Shown in pieces: positions 18,665 to 29,003 of a DNA stretch of 64,000 nt. The DNA comes from Flavobacteriales bacterium. GTDB lineage: Bacteria > Bacteroidota > Bacteroidia > Flavobacteriales_F > PHOS-HE28. The stretch covers positions 17,448-81,447 of the forward strand of contig JBDTSG010000094.1 in NCBI GenBank assembly GCA_039931265.1, in the 5' to 3' direction. Position 1 is the stretch's first letter, and each line of letters begins with the position of its first letter. The notes below the pieces were generated by a model. That model worked only from the letters and a program-made list of their open reading frames with translations, searched no databases and was not told the DNA's origin. A program made the translations under genes and the position numbers.

Positions 18665-20170
18665 CTATTTCCAAAGTGAGGTGGTGGAGAGCTTCCCTGT
18701 TGTGTTGTCCACGATCACCAGGATCGGCTCGCTCACCTTGTCCGGCACCATGGGCCGAGGGCCGACAAAGGCCATGGACTTCGCGCCCGGAAGGATCTGC
18801 GAAAGCAGGAAGCGATCGATACCGGTATCCACTTTCCAAATGATCTTCCCATCGGTATCCACACGCGCTACCACAAGCGTTCCGCTCAGGCCGGGCTTGG
18901 ATGTGAACTTCACCAGAAAGCCATCGGGGTCAGCCAGGCGGATCGGTTCCGACGTGTCATCCATCCGGAGGAATGCGCCATTGAGGAAGGTGTCCACACC
19001 AAGTGCGGTCATGCTGATGATCCGGTGGTGTCCATCGCTCGTATCGGGATCGAGCACACCGCGATGGAAGCGGCGCTGCTCCTTGGCATCATCGGCTTGC
19101 ACGACGCGCTTCAACCAGGACTTCGGTTTGAAATGACGTGCCGCTTCATCCGGCGAATGAAGGCCGAGCCATGCACCGTTCGAAGTGAAAACACCAGCGG
19201 CAAGGAAATACTCCGGCTTGGGTCCGAGCGGCCATTGGTTGTTGCGAACGACCTCCACGGGAACGGCTTTCAACGTCCCCGGTTCGAACTCCATGGCGCT
19301 CTGCTGATCGCGCGCGGTGGAACGCAGTCGCCCTCGTATCTCCATTCCCCGTCCGTCTTCCCACCAGACCGGATCGAGGGTTGGATTCACGCTACGGAAG
19401 TCGTCGGCCCCAACAACGTCGAAGGTCTTCAGGTCCACTCCGCCAATGCCGACCACATCGAACCAAAGGGTCTTCCCATCGCTGCCAAGGATCTTCGCGA
19501 GGCTGAAGGAATTCCCTTCCAACTCACCGGTGACTGGGGTCAAGCGCGGATCGGAGCCATCCAGTGGGACAAGGAACACGCTGACGCGATAACGGTCCTT
19601 CGACGCATCGCGATGCAAGCTGGGTGTGTAGGGCACCAACGACTCGATGAGTGTAGCGATGTGCGTGTCCGTTCGCACGGCAAGCCCGATCGGCGTGCCC
19701 GGACCCGGGTCGATCACCAGCACCTTGCTCTTGAACCACATGAACCCAGCAGCGATCAAACCTACTACCAGCACAGCAAACCCAAGTTTCCCACGGAGCT
19801 TGGCATACCGGCCCATCCACTCAGCGGCCTCTGCGCGTTTCAGTGCAGGGGTTGTGGCCCCACGGATGTGGATGTATCCGGCAGCATCGTCCAGTTGTGC
19901 AATGCTCCCCGGCGCCTTCTGGCGAACAACCTCATGGGCAACGAAGCGCAGGATGTCCGCGCGGCGATCAACGGCCCAAGGATGCTGCTGGCGCCAAGTG
20001 TCGGCGGTGCCCACCGTAACGATCGCGATCACATCATCGCCGCCGAACTCCCAGTAAAAGGTGATGCTGCCGGCGGGATCATTGTAGATAACCGAACCGG
20101 AGCGACCCTGCTCCTCGATCCGCACGCTCCGGGAAATCGCTCCTCCGTCGTTCGCCATCCTGCTCGTCAT
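18665..20170 (-). CDS. Membrane-anchored hypothetical protein (501 aa), first gene of six-gene operon
   Basis: A ~125-aa N-terminal cytoplasmic region is followed by one TM (LGFAVLVVGLIAAGFMWF) and a ~360-aa extracytoplasmic domain. It matches no recognisable family. Confidence 0.7.
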   Translation of the reverse strand: MTSRMANDGGAISRSVRIEEQGRSGSVIYNDPAGSITFYWEFGGDDVIAIVTVGTADTWRQQHPWAVDRRADILRFVAHEVVRQKAPGSIAQLDDAAGYIHIRGATTPALKRAEAAEWMGRYAKLRGKLGFAVLVVGLIAAGFMWFKSKVLVIDPGPGTPIGLAVRTDTHIATLIESLVPYTPSLHRDASKDRYRVSVFLVPLDGSDPRLTPVTGELEGNSFSLAKILGSDGKTLWFDVVGIGGVDLKTFDVVGADDFRSVNPTLDPVWWEDGRGMEIRGRLRSTARDQQSAMEFEPGTLKAVPVEVVRNNQWPLGPKPEYFLAAGVFTSNGAWLGLHSPDEAARHFKPKSWLKRVVQADDAKEQRRFHRGVLDPDTSDGHHRIISMTALGVDTFLNGAFLRMDDTSEPIRLADPDGFLVKFTSKPGLSGTLVVARVDTDGKIIWKVDTGIDRFLLSQILPGAKSMAFVGPRPMVPDKVSEPILVIVDNTTGKLSTTSLWK

Positions 20171-20246
20171 TGTGCACCTCTCCGTTGCGCTGTGAAAGTC
20201 ACTTCAAGAATAGCGAAGACCGAAGATCCGCTTCCTTGGTACCGTC

Positions 20247-21134
20247 TTGGACAAGACTTCCTCCCCCATCCGTTGGACCAGTTATGGCAAGGCGTTCCTG
20301 GCCACCGTGCTGTGGGGTTGTTCGTTCATCGCCATACGGTTCGCGCTGGCCACGGCAACACCCTACGGTGCGGTGTGGATGCGCAACCTCCTTGCGGTGG
20401 CGCTGCTGATCATCATACTGAAAGCGCGCAAGCAGGAATTGCTTCCCGAACGAGCGGACCGCGGTCGGGTGGTGCTCTTGGGCTTGGTGCTTGGTGTTCA
20501 CCTGATCACGCAAGCCTATGCCGTGCAGCGTACCGCAACCATGCGCGCCGGTTGGATCATCGCCTTCATTCCGGCCGTGGTGGCAGTGGGCGCATGGTTC
20601 TTCCAGCGCCAGCGGTTGCGCGCGATCGGCTGGGTCGGGATCCTGGTGGCCTCCGGTGGTGTGCTCGTACTCACTTCCACACGACCTGCACAATTCGCCG
20701 AAGCGGGCTTGGGGGATCTGCTCATGTTCGCCACCACCTTCAGTTGGGCCGCGTACACTTTGCTCACCGTGGGCCCCGCGCGACGCAGTGGCGGCTTGCG
20801 TGTTGCGGCAGGTGCCTTGCTCTTCTCCCTTGTGCCCGCGCTGATCATGGCCGCCATCGAGGGTACGTGGACCGCGCCGCCGGATACCCCATCGATCATT
20901 GCGTTGGTCTTTCTCGGCGCTGGTTCGAGCGCCATTGCCATGTGGACCTATTCCGACGCCGTGGCTGAGCTCGGTCCGGAACGCAGCGCTGCTTTCCAGT
21001 ACGTACAACCGCTCGTGACTTTGGTGGCAGCCTTCACCTTGCTTGCAGAACCCATTACCCACGAACAGCTTATCGGCGGGCCGATCGTGCTGGCCGGCGT
21101 GTGGCTGGTGCAGCGTGGAAAGAAGGGGTTGTAA
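20247..21134 (+). CDS. EamA/DMT-family transporter
   Basis: Ten TM segments form two EamA-like halves (…LATVLWGCSFIAIRFAL… and …TFSWAAYTLL…). The start is TTG per the track, and the next in-frame ATG is far downstream. Confidence 0.8.
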   Translation: MDKTSSPIRWTSYGKAFLATVLWGCSFIAIRFALATATPYGAVWMRNLLAVALLIIILKARKQELLPERADRGRVVLLGLVLGVHLITQAYAVQRTATMRAGWIIAFIPAVVAVGAWFFQRQRLRAIGWVGILVASGGVLVLTSTRPAQFAEAGLGDLLMFATTFSWAAYTLLTVGPARRSGGLRVAAGALLFSLVPALIMAAIEGTWTAPPDTPSIIALVFLGAGSSAIAMWTYSDAVAELGPERSAAFQYVQPLVTLVAAFTLLAEPITHEQLIGGPIVLAGVWLVQRGKKGL

Positions 21135-21150
21135 GTAGAACCGTGCCCGA

Positions 21151-23478
21151 CTAAAGCACGATCAACCTTCCCTGCTGCACCACATCCGCAGCTCGCCGCA
21201 GCACGAAGGTGTAAGCGCCGGGCTGCCAGACCCGCAGATCGAAGCGCTGCGTGCCCGAGGCAAGCGACCGGCGTTCCAGTTCTCGACCGGTCACATCCAC
21301 CACCGCGAAGCTGAACGGGCCGGTACCTGTCAATGTCCCGTTGAAATGGAACAACCCTTCGCCGGGGTTCGGGAAACAGCTCAACATCCCTTCTGCCGCA
21401 ACGGAAGTGATGCCGACGTTGGTGCAAACGCCCGGGATGTTCGCATCCAGCCAATCCAAGCGGCGGGCGATCCAACCTTTCAGCGTGTCCAGCTCGGCGG
21501 TGTAAGTGGTGGCGCACGCGTTCACTTCGGGCGCAGGGCCGCTCATGCCCAGGATGGGCCATTTCTGGAAGTGCCGTGCTTGTGCGTTCTGCACGCGCTC
21601 GCCAACGCTATCGATGAAGGCGAAGATGTTCGCGGTGTCGAGCACGGTGGTGCGGTAATCGTCATAGGCACAGCGCAGTTCGTTGTTGAAGGTGCTGTCC
21701 TGCAACAGACGCACGTACCAACCAGTGGAGTAGTTATCGGTGAAGCAATCATTGATGAGGTGCGCCCAGCCTGAGCCATCGGTGTTGTCGAAGAGATCGC
21801 AAGTCGCGAGGTCCTTCCAAGCCCAGTCGAAATCCCAGACCGGTCCGGCCTTCAGCTTGCCGCCATTGCTGTACTGGTCCTTGTGGAAGAACACGCTCTT
21901 CTTGAAACCGTCGTTGTTGCGGGAGACTTCATTCACCAAGAAGTAGTCGATGAACGACTTCACATCCATGTATTTACGGTAACCCAAGCTGGTATCGGCG
22001 AAGGCCGGGGAGTAAAGTGCAGTTTCCAAACTGTCCACGTAGCTGGCGATGTAAGTGCGCTGCGGCTGGGTGAGGGTGTCGGGTTGGGGGTAGTAGTAAA
22101 CGAAGTGCACATCGAAGCCGGGGTGATCGATGGGCGAGTAGTTGCTCTGGAAACTGTTGTTGGCGTCCCAGTAGTTCTGCGTCAGGATGTAGCCTCCAGT
22201 CACCTCATCGCCACTGTTCTCCGATCCGGTGAGCGTGGCAATGTCAACGCGCCCATTGTCGCGCTTGATCTTCTCGCCGAAGAGATAGATCCCCTTGTAC
22301 ACACTATCGATGAGCACCTCGCATAGGTGCGTGCGCGGCGCATACTGGCCCATGCCCGAAGAGAGAGAGAACGCAAGTTGATTGCGCAGCAACGATCGGT
22401 CGTTGTAGTTGCTCAGCATCACCCAGTCGTGCTCCTGCGGCATGCCGAGGATACTGACGTTGTTGTTCGTACCCAAAGCGGTGCGCGTTTCCAAGCCATA
22501 AGGCCGTTGCGGGTATCCGGCTGAAGAAGCGCCGCGGATCTCGATCCCGATGTTGCCGTTGTAGACGTTCGGCGGATCGGTGACATAGGTGAGGTTGCCG
22601 GGACCGTTGTACTTGACCTCCATCAAGCAATCGATCTTGGGTTCGTCCACGATGGTCTGGCCCAAGGTGTTGATCAGCACAATGGGCAGCTCCGAGCTTT
22701 CCAGATGCACGGATCCCGGGTCGGTGACACAGAGTTCGAACTGCCCTTCGCCCCCACCGTACCCGAAGGCCTGTATGTAGAGTGTTTCGCCAATGGGGAG
22801 GTCGTTGGCCATGACGAACGAAAAATAGTCGGTGCCACTGTCGTCATCGCAACCGCGCCAAGTGAGGTCGACGCAACTGGTACCGGTCCAGAGGGCGATG
22901 CCGGTGTCGTTCAATCCGCCGGTATCGTACGTGCCTACGATCACGTTCCCCGAGGGCGGCACCGGCATGGCATACCAGAGGTCGCCACCTTGGTATTCCG
23001 CACAGCCGCCATTGATACCCGTGCCGAGAACGCCCGTGTTGTCGGCGATCACGCAATCAAGTGTATCGATAGGGAAAGCGGCGCATGGCACGGTACCGGG
23101 GGCAGCAATGGCGTTGCAATCACCGACACCGGTGAAAACGATACCCGTACCGGGGTCTGGTCCGTCGGCGAAAACGACATTGCCCAATGGATCGAAGAGG
23201 ATGTACGTGTTCTCGTTCTCCCAATCCATGGCGGTATAGTCCAGCACCAGCACATCACCATTGCAAATGGTGAAGGTGGCATTGCTCCCTGCGCCCGTTG
23301 CCGCGAAGGTGCCGATCGGACTTCCGTTGATGGAGATCTCCAACGTCCCCCCGTTCCAGCCGTCGCCATAGCTGTCGTCCATGGTCAGGATATAGTCGCA
23401 GCATTGCGCACTGGCCTGCGCGGCGAAGAGGCTGACCCCGAGCATCGCCGATTGCACCCTCCTCTTGATCATCCCCAT
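21151..23478 (-). CDS. CotH-family (atypical kinase) secreted protein with T9SS C-terminal sorting domain
   Basis: A signal peptide (MGMIKRRVQSAMLGVSLFAAQASAQ) precedes a long region (…ILTQNYWDANN…VYYYPQPDTLT…VNEVSRNNDGFKKSVFFHKDQ…GPVWDFDWAW…) that matches the CotH fold. The C-terminus (…GAYTFVLRRAADVVQQGRLIVL) is CTD-like. Confidence 0.8.
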   Translation of the reverse strand: MGMIKRRVQSAMLGVSLFAAQASAQCCDYILTMDDSYGDGWNGGTLEISINGSPIGTFAATGAGSNATFTICNGDVLVLDYTAMDWENENTYILFDPLGNVVFADGPDPGTGIVFTGVGDCNAIAAPGTVPCAAFPIDTLDCVIADNTGVLGTGINGGCAEYQGGDLWYAMPVPPSGNVIVGTYDTGGLNDTGIALWTGTSCVDLTWRGCDDDSGTDYFSFVMANDLPIGETLYIQAFGYGGGEGQFELCVTDPGSVHLESSELPIVLINTLGQTIVDEPKIDCLMEVKYNGPGNLTYVTDPPNVYNGNIGIEIRGASSAGYPQRPYGLETRTALGTNNNVSILGMPQEHDWVMLSNYNDRSLLRNQLAFSLSSGMGQYAPRTHLCEVLIDSVYKGIYLFGEKIKRDNGRVDIATLTGSENSGDEVTGGYILTQNYWDANNSFQSNYSPIDHPGFDVHFVYYYPQPDTLTQPQRTYIASYVDSLETALYSPAFADTSLGYRKYMDVKSFIDYFLVNEVSRNNDGFKKSVFFHKDQYSNGGKLKAGPVWDFDWAWKDLATCDLFDNTDGSGWAHLINDCFTDNYSTGWYVRLLQDSTFNNELRCAYDDYRTTVLDTANIFAFIDSVGERVQNAQARHFQKWPILGMSGPAPEVNACATTYTAELDTLKGWIARRLDWLDANIPGVCTNVGITSVAAEGMLSCFPNPGEGLFHFNGTLTGTGPFSFAVVDVTGRELERRSLASGTQRFDLRVWQPGAYTFVLRRAADVVQQGRLIVL

Positions 23479-23944
23479 GTGTGTTGCTGTGTGCGGCGGA
23501 ACGCGGCGCGATCCGGCCGACAACCACTGTCCGCAGGCAAACTTAGCCGAACGGTAACAAGGCAACGGGCGCGACTACTCCTTCGCGAACCGCACCATCC
23601 GCAGCTGCCCGTTCAGCGCTTCGACATGAAGGACTTAAAGCCCGGTGGGGATCCGATCCAAGGGAATACTGCTCCCGGCAACGCGGTCCTCCTGCACGAT
23701 GGCACCGGCTCCGTTCAGAATGCGACAGTGCTGTACTCGTGCGCCACCCCAAGCCACTTCGATCATGTCGATGGCGGGTGAAGGATGGACGATCTTGATA
23801 CAATCCCCCCCGACCAAGCGATCAGCAGCGGTCGCTCCCACGGAAAGCCCTGCGCAATGATCATCGATGATGCGCACATCAAGGATCCCGACAGCAATGC
23901 TCTCCACATGGTGATGGATCTTCCGACCAATGACCGCCGAACGA

Positions 23945-26518
23945 TCACCTCACCACGATCCGTTGCACCAGCGTTGCACCGGCGTTCGCAATGCGCATAA
24001 CATACACCCCTGCTTCACTGCTCAGGTGGATGTTGGTGACAGTACCGGAGATGGATCCGCTCTGCACCAGTTTGCCAGCAACATCGAGCACCTCATACAA
24101 AGCACCGGGTACAACGCTACCACCCAAGACCAAGATGATCGGTCCGTTGGTCGGGTTGGGATGCAGCGAGAACGCGAAGGGTACGTTGCCCGCTATACCC
24201 GTACTGAGCCAGAGGAAGACATCGGAAGTGCTCGTGCAGCCGTTCGCGTCGGTTACCGTTACCGTGTAGTCGCCGTTGGCCAGCGCGATATGGAAGACAT
24301 CGGTGGCTCCCTGGATCAATACACCATCCAAATACCATTGGAAGGAACCACTGCCTGTGGCGAGCAACGAATCGGTGGAAGAAGAGATGACCGGAACCAC
24401 TGGCAGTGGGTTCTCCGTGACATCCGCAGTAGCCACTGCTTCCGAGGAACAACCGTTCGCGCCTGTAACCAGCACGCTATACATACCCGTGGCATCGGCT
24501 GTGAATTCGGTGGAATCAGCACCGGTAACATCGCTGCCGTTCCACGACCATTGGTACGTAGCACCAGGGACGGTATCGATGGAAAGAACGACCGATCCAC
24601 TGTCGCAGAAGGAAAGCGGTCCATCCGCGTTGATCGTTGGTGCATCGGGCAGGCTGTTCACCACCACCATGATCGAGATGGACGGATCCGAAGAACAGTT
24701 GTTCGTATTCGTGGCAACCACCGTGTAGATCCCCGCTGCGTCCACCACGAGCGAAGGGCTGTCGGCCCCAACGATCGGCGACTGATCAATATACCACTGG
24801 TAGGTCGCGCCGGGCACGAAGCTCGCATCCAGGACCACTGAGCCGCCATCGCAGAAGATGGTATCACCCGCTGCGGACACCAAGGGAGCGTCAACACTCT
24901 CCACAGTGAGCGTAGCAGCATCCGTCGTGAAGCTGCAACCCGTGTTGGCATTCGTTGCAACGAAGGTGTATGACCCTGCCAGCGATGCATCGATGGTCGT
25001 TCCTGTTTCGCCGGGCACGGGTGCATTGTTCAAATACCACTGGAACGTAAGGGGGCTTTGTCCGGAAAGGTCAACCCCGGTGAACTGCGCGGTAGCACCT
25101 GCGCAAATCGTGTATGCCAGCGTATCGAGCTCCTGCATCGGCGGCAAATTCACTTCCACGGCAATGGTGTTCGATGTTGCGCTTCCGCAGGCGTTGTCCA
25201 CGACCACCGTGTAGTCACCCGCCTCAGCCACAGGCAGGCTTGCACCGGTTGCCCCACCGATGTCGGTGCCGTCCAACTGCCATTGATAGGAAGGTCCACC
25301 GACGGCGGTGAGCATCAGCGTATCGCCCGTACAGATCGTCGTGGGTCCACCGGCACTGATCGCAGCCGTGGTGGCACCACCGATGGTGATATCGAAGCCA
25401 TTATCGGTCCCGATGAAATCCGGACTTGTCGAGATGACACGGATACGGTAGCCGTTGCCGAGCGGGGTATTGCCGGGTATGGTCGCGGTGATCGAGCCGG
25501 AGGTCGTCGAAATGGTATCACCGATGTCAACCGGGTTCGTGAAATCGCCGCTCGCATCCGAAAGCTGCGCCGTGAAGTGGTTGGCTTGGATCAGGAAGCC
25601 GCCCGCGTTGTAGGCACCGGTGGCCTCATAGGGAACACTCACCGTTGCGCCGGGACAAATGGTGGCGGCCAACGGCTGCACCACTTCAATGCTGCGGGGT
25701 ACATCGTAGTAATAGATCGCGTTCACCACCTGGAAACCGAAGATCTCCGTGGTATTGATCTGCAACACTGGCACGCGCAGTCCCTGCGCCAGCCATTTGT
25801 ATTCGTGCACGATGGGGCGGTTAATGGCGAACCCGGTACCCAGCGAATCCAAGCCGATGGTATCGCTGATCGTCAGGGTGGTATTCACACGGAGCACATC
25901 GAACGAACCGGCGGGTGTCGTGATCGCCCCCCAACCGTCCACATCGTTCGCGCGGATCTGGCGGTAGCCGTAGTAGCCCAAGCCGGGGAGGTCGATGTTC
26001 CATGAAGAATAGGACGATGTTGCAGCGCCGAATTGCACGGGCAACTCATAGATCACATCGTGATCCTCGAAAATGATCGGCACAGGGATGCCGCTCAGCT
26101 CCACACCGAAGCCGACTGCCTTATAAGTTGATGGGCTGCGGTAGTAGAACGTGTAAGGATTCTCGATCGGGAGCAGTTGGTTGAAGGGGATGTCGGCACC
26201 GCGCTTCGCAACGTTGGCCCTGTTCGGGTTAAAGAATAGATCGGCGTAGGTGATCGCATAGATGAAGTTGGTGGAAGCCACTGTGAGATACTCTGCCGTA
26301 TCGCCCGTGTTCACGGTAAGGTTCGAGAAATCCCAAACATGCGCCGCACCCGTGGTGGCGTAATCGATGAAGGGATTGGTGAAAGCCCTGGTGCGGACGA
26401 GTTCATCGTTCGCGTGGGGCATTTCGTTCTGGCCGACAGTGATCTGGCCCGAGGCAAAGAAGGGGGCACAGATGAGTGCAAGGGCGGCATAAATTTCAGC
26501 GGTAGTGGTACGGAGCAT
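23945..26518 (-). CDS. Large secreted adhesin-like protein with tandem Ig-like/PKD-type domains and T9SS C-terminal sorting domain
   Basis: A signal peptide is followed by repeated ~90-aa beta-sandwich units carrying Cys pairs (…ICTGDTLMLTA…, …FCDGGSVVLDA…, …FCDSGSVVLSI…). The C-terminus (…GVYVMRIANAGATLVQRIVVR) is CTD-like. Confidence 0.8.
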   Translation of the reverse strand: MLRTTTAEIYAALALICAPFFASGQITVGQNEMPHANDELVRTRAFTNPFIDYATTGAAHVWDFSNLTVNTGDTAEYLTVASTNFIYAITYADLFFNPNRANVAKRGADIPFNQLLPIENPYTFYYRSPSTYKAVGFGVELSGIPVPIIFEDHDVIYELPVQFGAATSSYSSWNIDLPGLGYYGYRQIRANDVDGWGAITTPAGSFDVLRVNTTLTISDTIGLDSLGTGFAINRPIVHEYKWLAQGLRVPVLQINTTEIFGFQVVNAIYYYDVPRSIEVVQPLAATICPGATVSVPYEATGAYNAGGFLIQANHFTAQLSDASGDFTNPVDIGDTISTTSGSITATIPGNTPLGNGYRIRVISTSPDFIGTDNGFDITIGGATTAAISAGGPTTICTGDTLMLTAVGGPSYQWQLDGTDIGGATGASLPVAEAGDYTVVVDNACGSATSNTIAVEVNLPPMQELDTLAYTICAGATAQFTGVDLSGQSPLTFQWYLNNAPVPGETGTTIDASLAGSYTFVATNANTGCSFTTDAATLTVESVDAPLVSAAGDTIFCDGGSVVLDASFVPGATYQWYIDQSPIVGADSPSLVVDAAGIYTVVATNTNNCSSDPSISIMVVVNSLPDAPTINADGPLSFCDSGSVVLSIDTVPGATYQWSWNGSDVTGADSTEFTADATGMYSVLVTGANGCSSEAVATADVTENPLPVVPVISSSTDSLLATGSGSFQWYLDGVLIQGATDVFHIALANGDYTVTVTDANGCTSTSDVFLWLSTGIAGNVPFAFSLHPNPTNGPIILVLGGSVVPGALYEVLDVAGKLVQSGSISGTVTNIHLSSEAGVYVMRIANAGATLVQRIVVR

Positions 26519-26672
26519 GAGGGGTAGCTTTGAGCCGAAGGTAATCCGCTACCGTGGCCTTGGGCAAGGGATGATGCGATCGGCCCTTTGCCGCGGATGT
26601 CCGAACGGCACGAACTTGCGTGCGCGGAAGGCAACAATATCCGCAGGTTCGTCGACGCCGTCATTACCCTGC

Positions 26673-27296
26673 ATGAGCATAGAACCAGCATACGATCAGT
26701 GGTCCGCGCAATATGACACGGACAAAAACCGCACACGCGATATGGAGGGGCGCGTGCTGCGTGCGGAGTTGAAAGGCCTTTCATTCGCACGCGTCTTGGA
26801 GATCGGGTGCGGCACGGGCAAGAACACCGAATGGCTGGCCACCCGTGCCGAGCACGTTACGGCCGTGGACTTCAGCGAAGGGATGCTCGCCAAGGCCAGC
26901 GCTAAAGTGCGGTCCTCACATGTGCACTTCGTTAAGGGGGATGTCCTCCAACCGTGGACCTTCAGCAACGGCTCTTATGATCTGGTCACCTTCAGTTTGA
27001 TCCTGGAGCACATAGAGCATTTGGGACCCGTGCTGAGGGAAGCCAGTGCGAGCCTTTTGTCCGGCGGTCATCTGTACATCGGCGAGTTGCACCCTTTCAA
27101 GCAATACAGCGGAACGAAAGCCCGGTTCGGTGCGGAGCACGGGACGCAAGTGGTGACCTGTTTCGACCACCACGTATCGGAGTTCATCCATGCGGCATCG
27201 GACAACGGACTTCGCCTGCTCCAGCTTGGCGAGCACTTCGACGATGAAGATCGCAGCAAGGCTCCCCGTGTGCTTGCGCTGGTCTTTCAGAAATGA
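26673..27296 (+). CDS. Class I SAM-dependent methyltransferase
   Basis: Motif I (VLEIGCGTGKNTEWLA) and the acidic motif II are present. The ATG at 26673 was chosen inside track ORF 26505-27296. Confidence 0.8.
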   Translation: MSIEPAYDQWSAQYDTDKNRTRDMEGRVLRAELKGLSFARVLEIGCGTGKNTEWLATRAEHVTAVDFSEGMLAKASAKVRSSHVHFVKGDVLQPWTFSNGSYDLVTFSLILEHIEHLGPVLREASASLLSGGHLYIGELHPFKQYSGTKARFGAEHGTQVVTCFDHHVSEFIHAASDNGLRLLQLGEHFDDEDRSKAPRVLALVFQK

Positions 27297-27848
27297 ACTC
27301 CCCTGATCGTGCTGCCAATCCCCAAGTCGTGAGCGACCTTCCGACCGAACAGGCCTGAACGGGAGCACTTCTGTGATCGGCAGTGCTGCTTGGTCAACGA
27401 CTTCGTTCCACTCACTGGAACGCACCTGAAGTCCTTTGCCGCGTGGTGCGCCAACGATGGAGACCGTAGGCGCAGGTGCCGGGATGGCCGCAGGCCGAAC
27501 GGCTGTACTCCTCAACAGTTCCAATCGATCGAGCATCTCTTCTTCTTGCTTGATCCTGTTGTCCGAGCAATTGCCATACGGTATGCCGCAACCGCTCGAT
27601 CGGCCTGTTCACCTTGACAGGGCATCATGTTCCACGATGCGCGAAAAAGCGCAAAGCTGAAGCGTCCGATCTCATCGGCACATGTGGAAATGTTGACGCA
27701 CGGAGCGCGGGCGGAAGCTGTGCAGGGCGTTCTACACCATGTAGAATACGATACCCCCAATGGCGAGGGCCACGCCCCTGCTTTCCCATTGCACTGCTGC
27801 CCACGAATAGCGGACCCAGAATGGCATGGTGGTGCGAAACCCGTCCCA

Positions 27849-29003
27849 ATGCCTACCCCTGAAACACCAACGGTCAAGCGTCGCGTCATCCAGCCTCAAT
27901 ACCAGAAACTCAGCGTCATCCTTCTCGGCCTGGCCGCCCTGTTCTATGCGCTCTCGATCACGGCCTCCATTGTTGTCCCCTTGCTCTTCGCGTTGCTGCT
28001 CGCCATGCTGCTCAACCCGGTGGTGAACGCGCTCAACCGCATCCGTATCCCCCGGCTGATCTCCATTTCGCTCGCATTATTGCTTTCCATGATGGCGCTG
28101 GCCGGCCTCGGCTACTTCATCGGTAGCCAAGCCGTTCATTTCAGCGAAACCCTTCCGCAGTTGGAAGAAAAGCTGAACGGTTTGGTGGTGGAGGCGGAGC
28201 GCTGGGCGCAGGATGCCTTCGACATGAAGCGTGCAGAAGTGAACGACGCCGTGGACAAGGTGAAAGACGAGAGCATGGCAAAAGGAGGATCCTTGGTGGG
28301 GCAGACCCTTACCACGGTGGGCACCTTGTTCGCATTCTTCTTTCTGCTCCCGGTGTTCACATTCCTGCTCTTGCTCTACAAGCAATTGCTGATCACGTTC
28401 ATCGCGAAGCTCTTTCCGCGGAAAGACCACGAAATACTCGGTGATGTGCTCAACCAGACCAAGGTGGTGGTGCAGGGCTACTTGGTGGGCCTGCTCATGG
28501 AAGCGGGCATCGTAACCGTCCTCAATTGGGTGGGATTGATGGCCATTGGTGTCCCATACGCTCTTTTGCTCGCTGTGCTTGGGGCGGTGTTGAACCTCAT
28601 CCCGTACATCGGGATGATCATCGCCACCATCCTCCCCATGCTGATCGCATTGGCGACGCTTGACCCTACGGCTGCCCTTTGGGTATTCGCGCTGTACTTG
28701 GTGGTGCAGTTCGTCGACAACAATTTCATCGTCCCGAAAGTCGTGGCCTCGCGCGTTGAGCTGAACGCTCTGGTTTCGATCATCGTGGTAATGGCGGGCG
28801 GGGCGTTGTGGGGCATTCCGGGAATGTTCTTGGCCATACCGATCACGGCAATGCTCAAAGTCATCTTCGATCGGGTGCCAGCCCTCGAGCCCTTCGGTTA
28901 CGTACTGGGTGATGGCGGCGATGAGGACCACCGAGCCATCTTCCGGCTGAAGGGCAAAGCCAAGGGATCCCCGGCCAAAGGCGGAAAGGAAAGAGATGCT
29001 TAG
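27849..29003 (+). CDS. AI-2E family transporter (UPF0118/PerM-like)
   Basis: Eight TM helices have a central hydrophilic insert, and the C-terminal GIPGxxLAxPxxA motif matches the AI-2E family. Confidence 0.85.
   Translation: MPTPETPTVKRRVIQPQYQKLSVILLGLAALFYALSITASIVVPLLFALLLAMLLNPVVNALNRIRIPRLISISLALLLSMMALAGLGYFIGSQAVHFSETLPQLEEKLNGLVVEAERWAQDAFDMKRAEVNDAVDKVKDESMAKGGSLVGQTLTTVGTLFAFFFLLPVFTFLLLLYKQLLITFIAKLFPRKDHEILGDVLNQTKVVVQGYLVGLLMEAGIVTVLNWVGLMAIGVPYALLLAVLGAVLNLIPYIGMIIATILPMLIALATLDPTAALWVFALYLVVQFVDNNFIVPKVVASRVELNALVSIIVVMAGGALWGIPGMFLAIPITAMLKVIFDRVPALEPFGYVLGDGGDEDHRAIFRLKGKAKGSPAKGGKERDA

Noticed and set aside
15620-20968. Plus-strand ORFs 15620-16330, 15756-16337, 17621-18649, 17889-19136 and 19025-20968 (647 aa)
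   Set aside because: All are antisense to the tightly packed minus-strand operon. None has a signal, TM or motif logic, and the minus-strand products are far more protein-like.
23635-23907. GTG-initiated 90-aa minus ORF between the adhesin and CotH genes
   Set aside because: It has faintly bactofilin-like beta-strand periodicity, but it is GTG-started, short, and overlapped by equally long plus-strand ORFs.
23930-26005. Plus-strand ORFs 23930-24841 and 25058-26005 inside the adhesin gene
   Set aside because: They are antisense to a coherent signal-peptide/Ig-repeat/CTD protein.
28077-28931. Minus ORF 284 aa antisense to the AI-2E transporter
   Set aside because: The sense strand encodes an eight-TM protein with family motifs. 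The antisense translation is His/Arg/Glu-rich with no structure.
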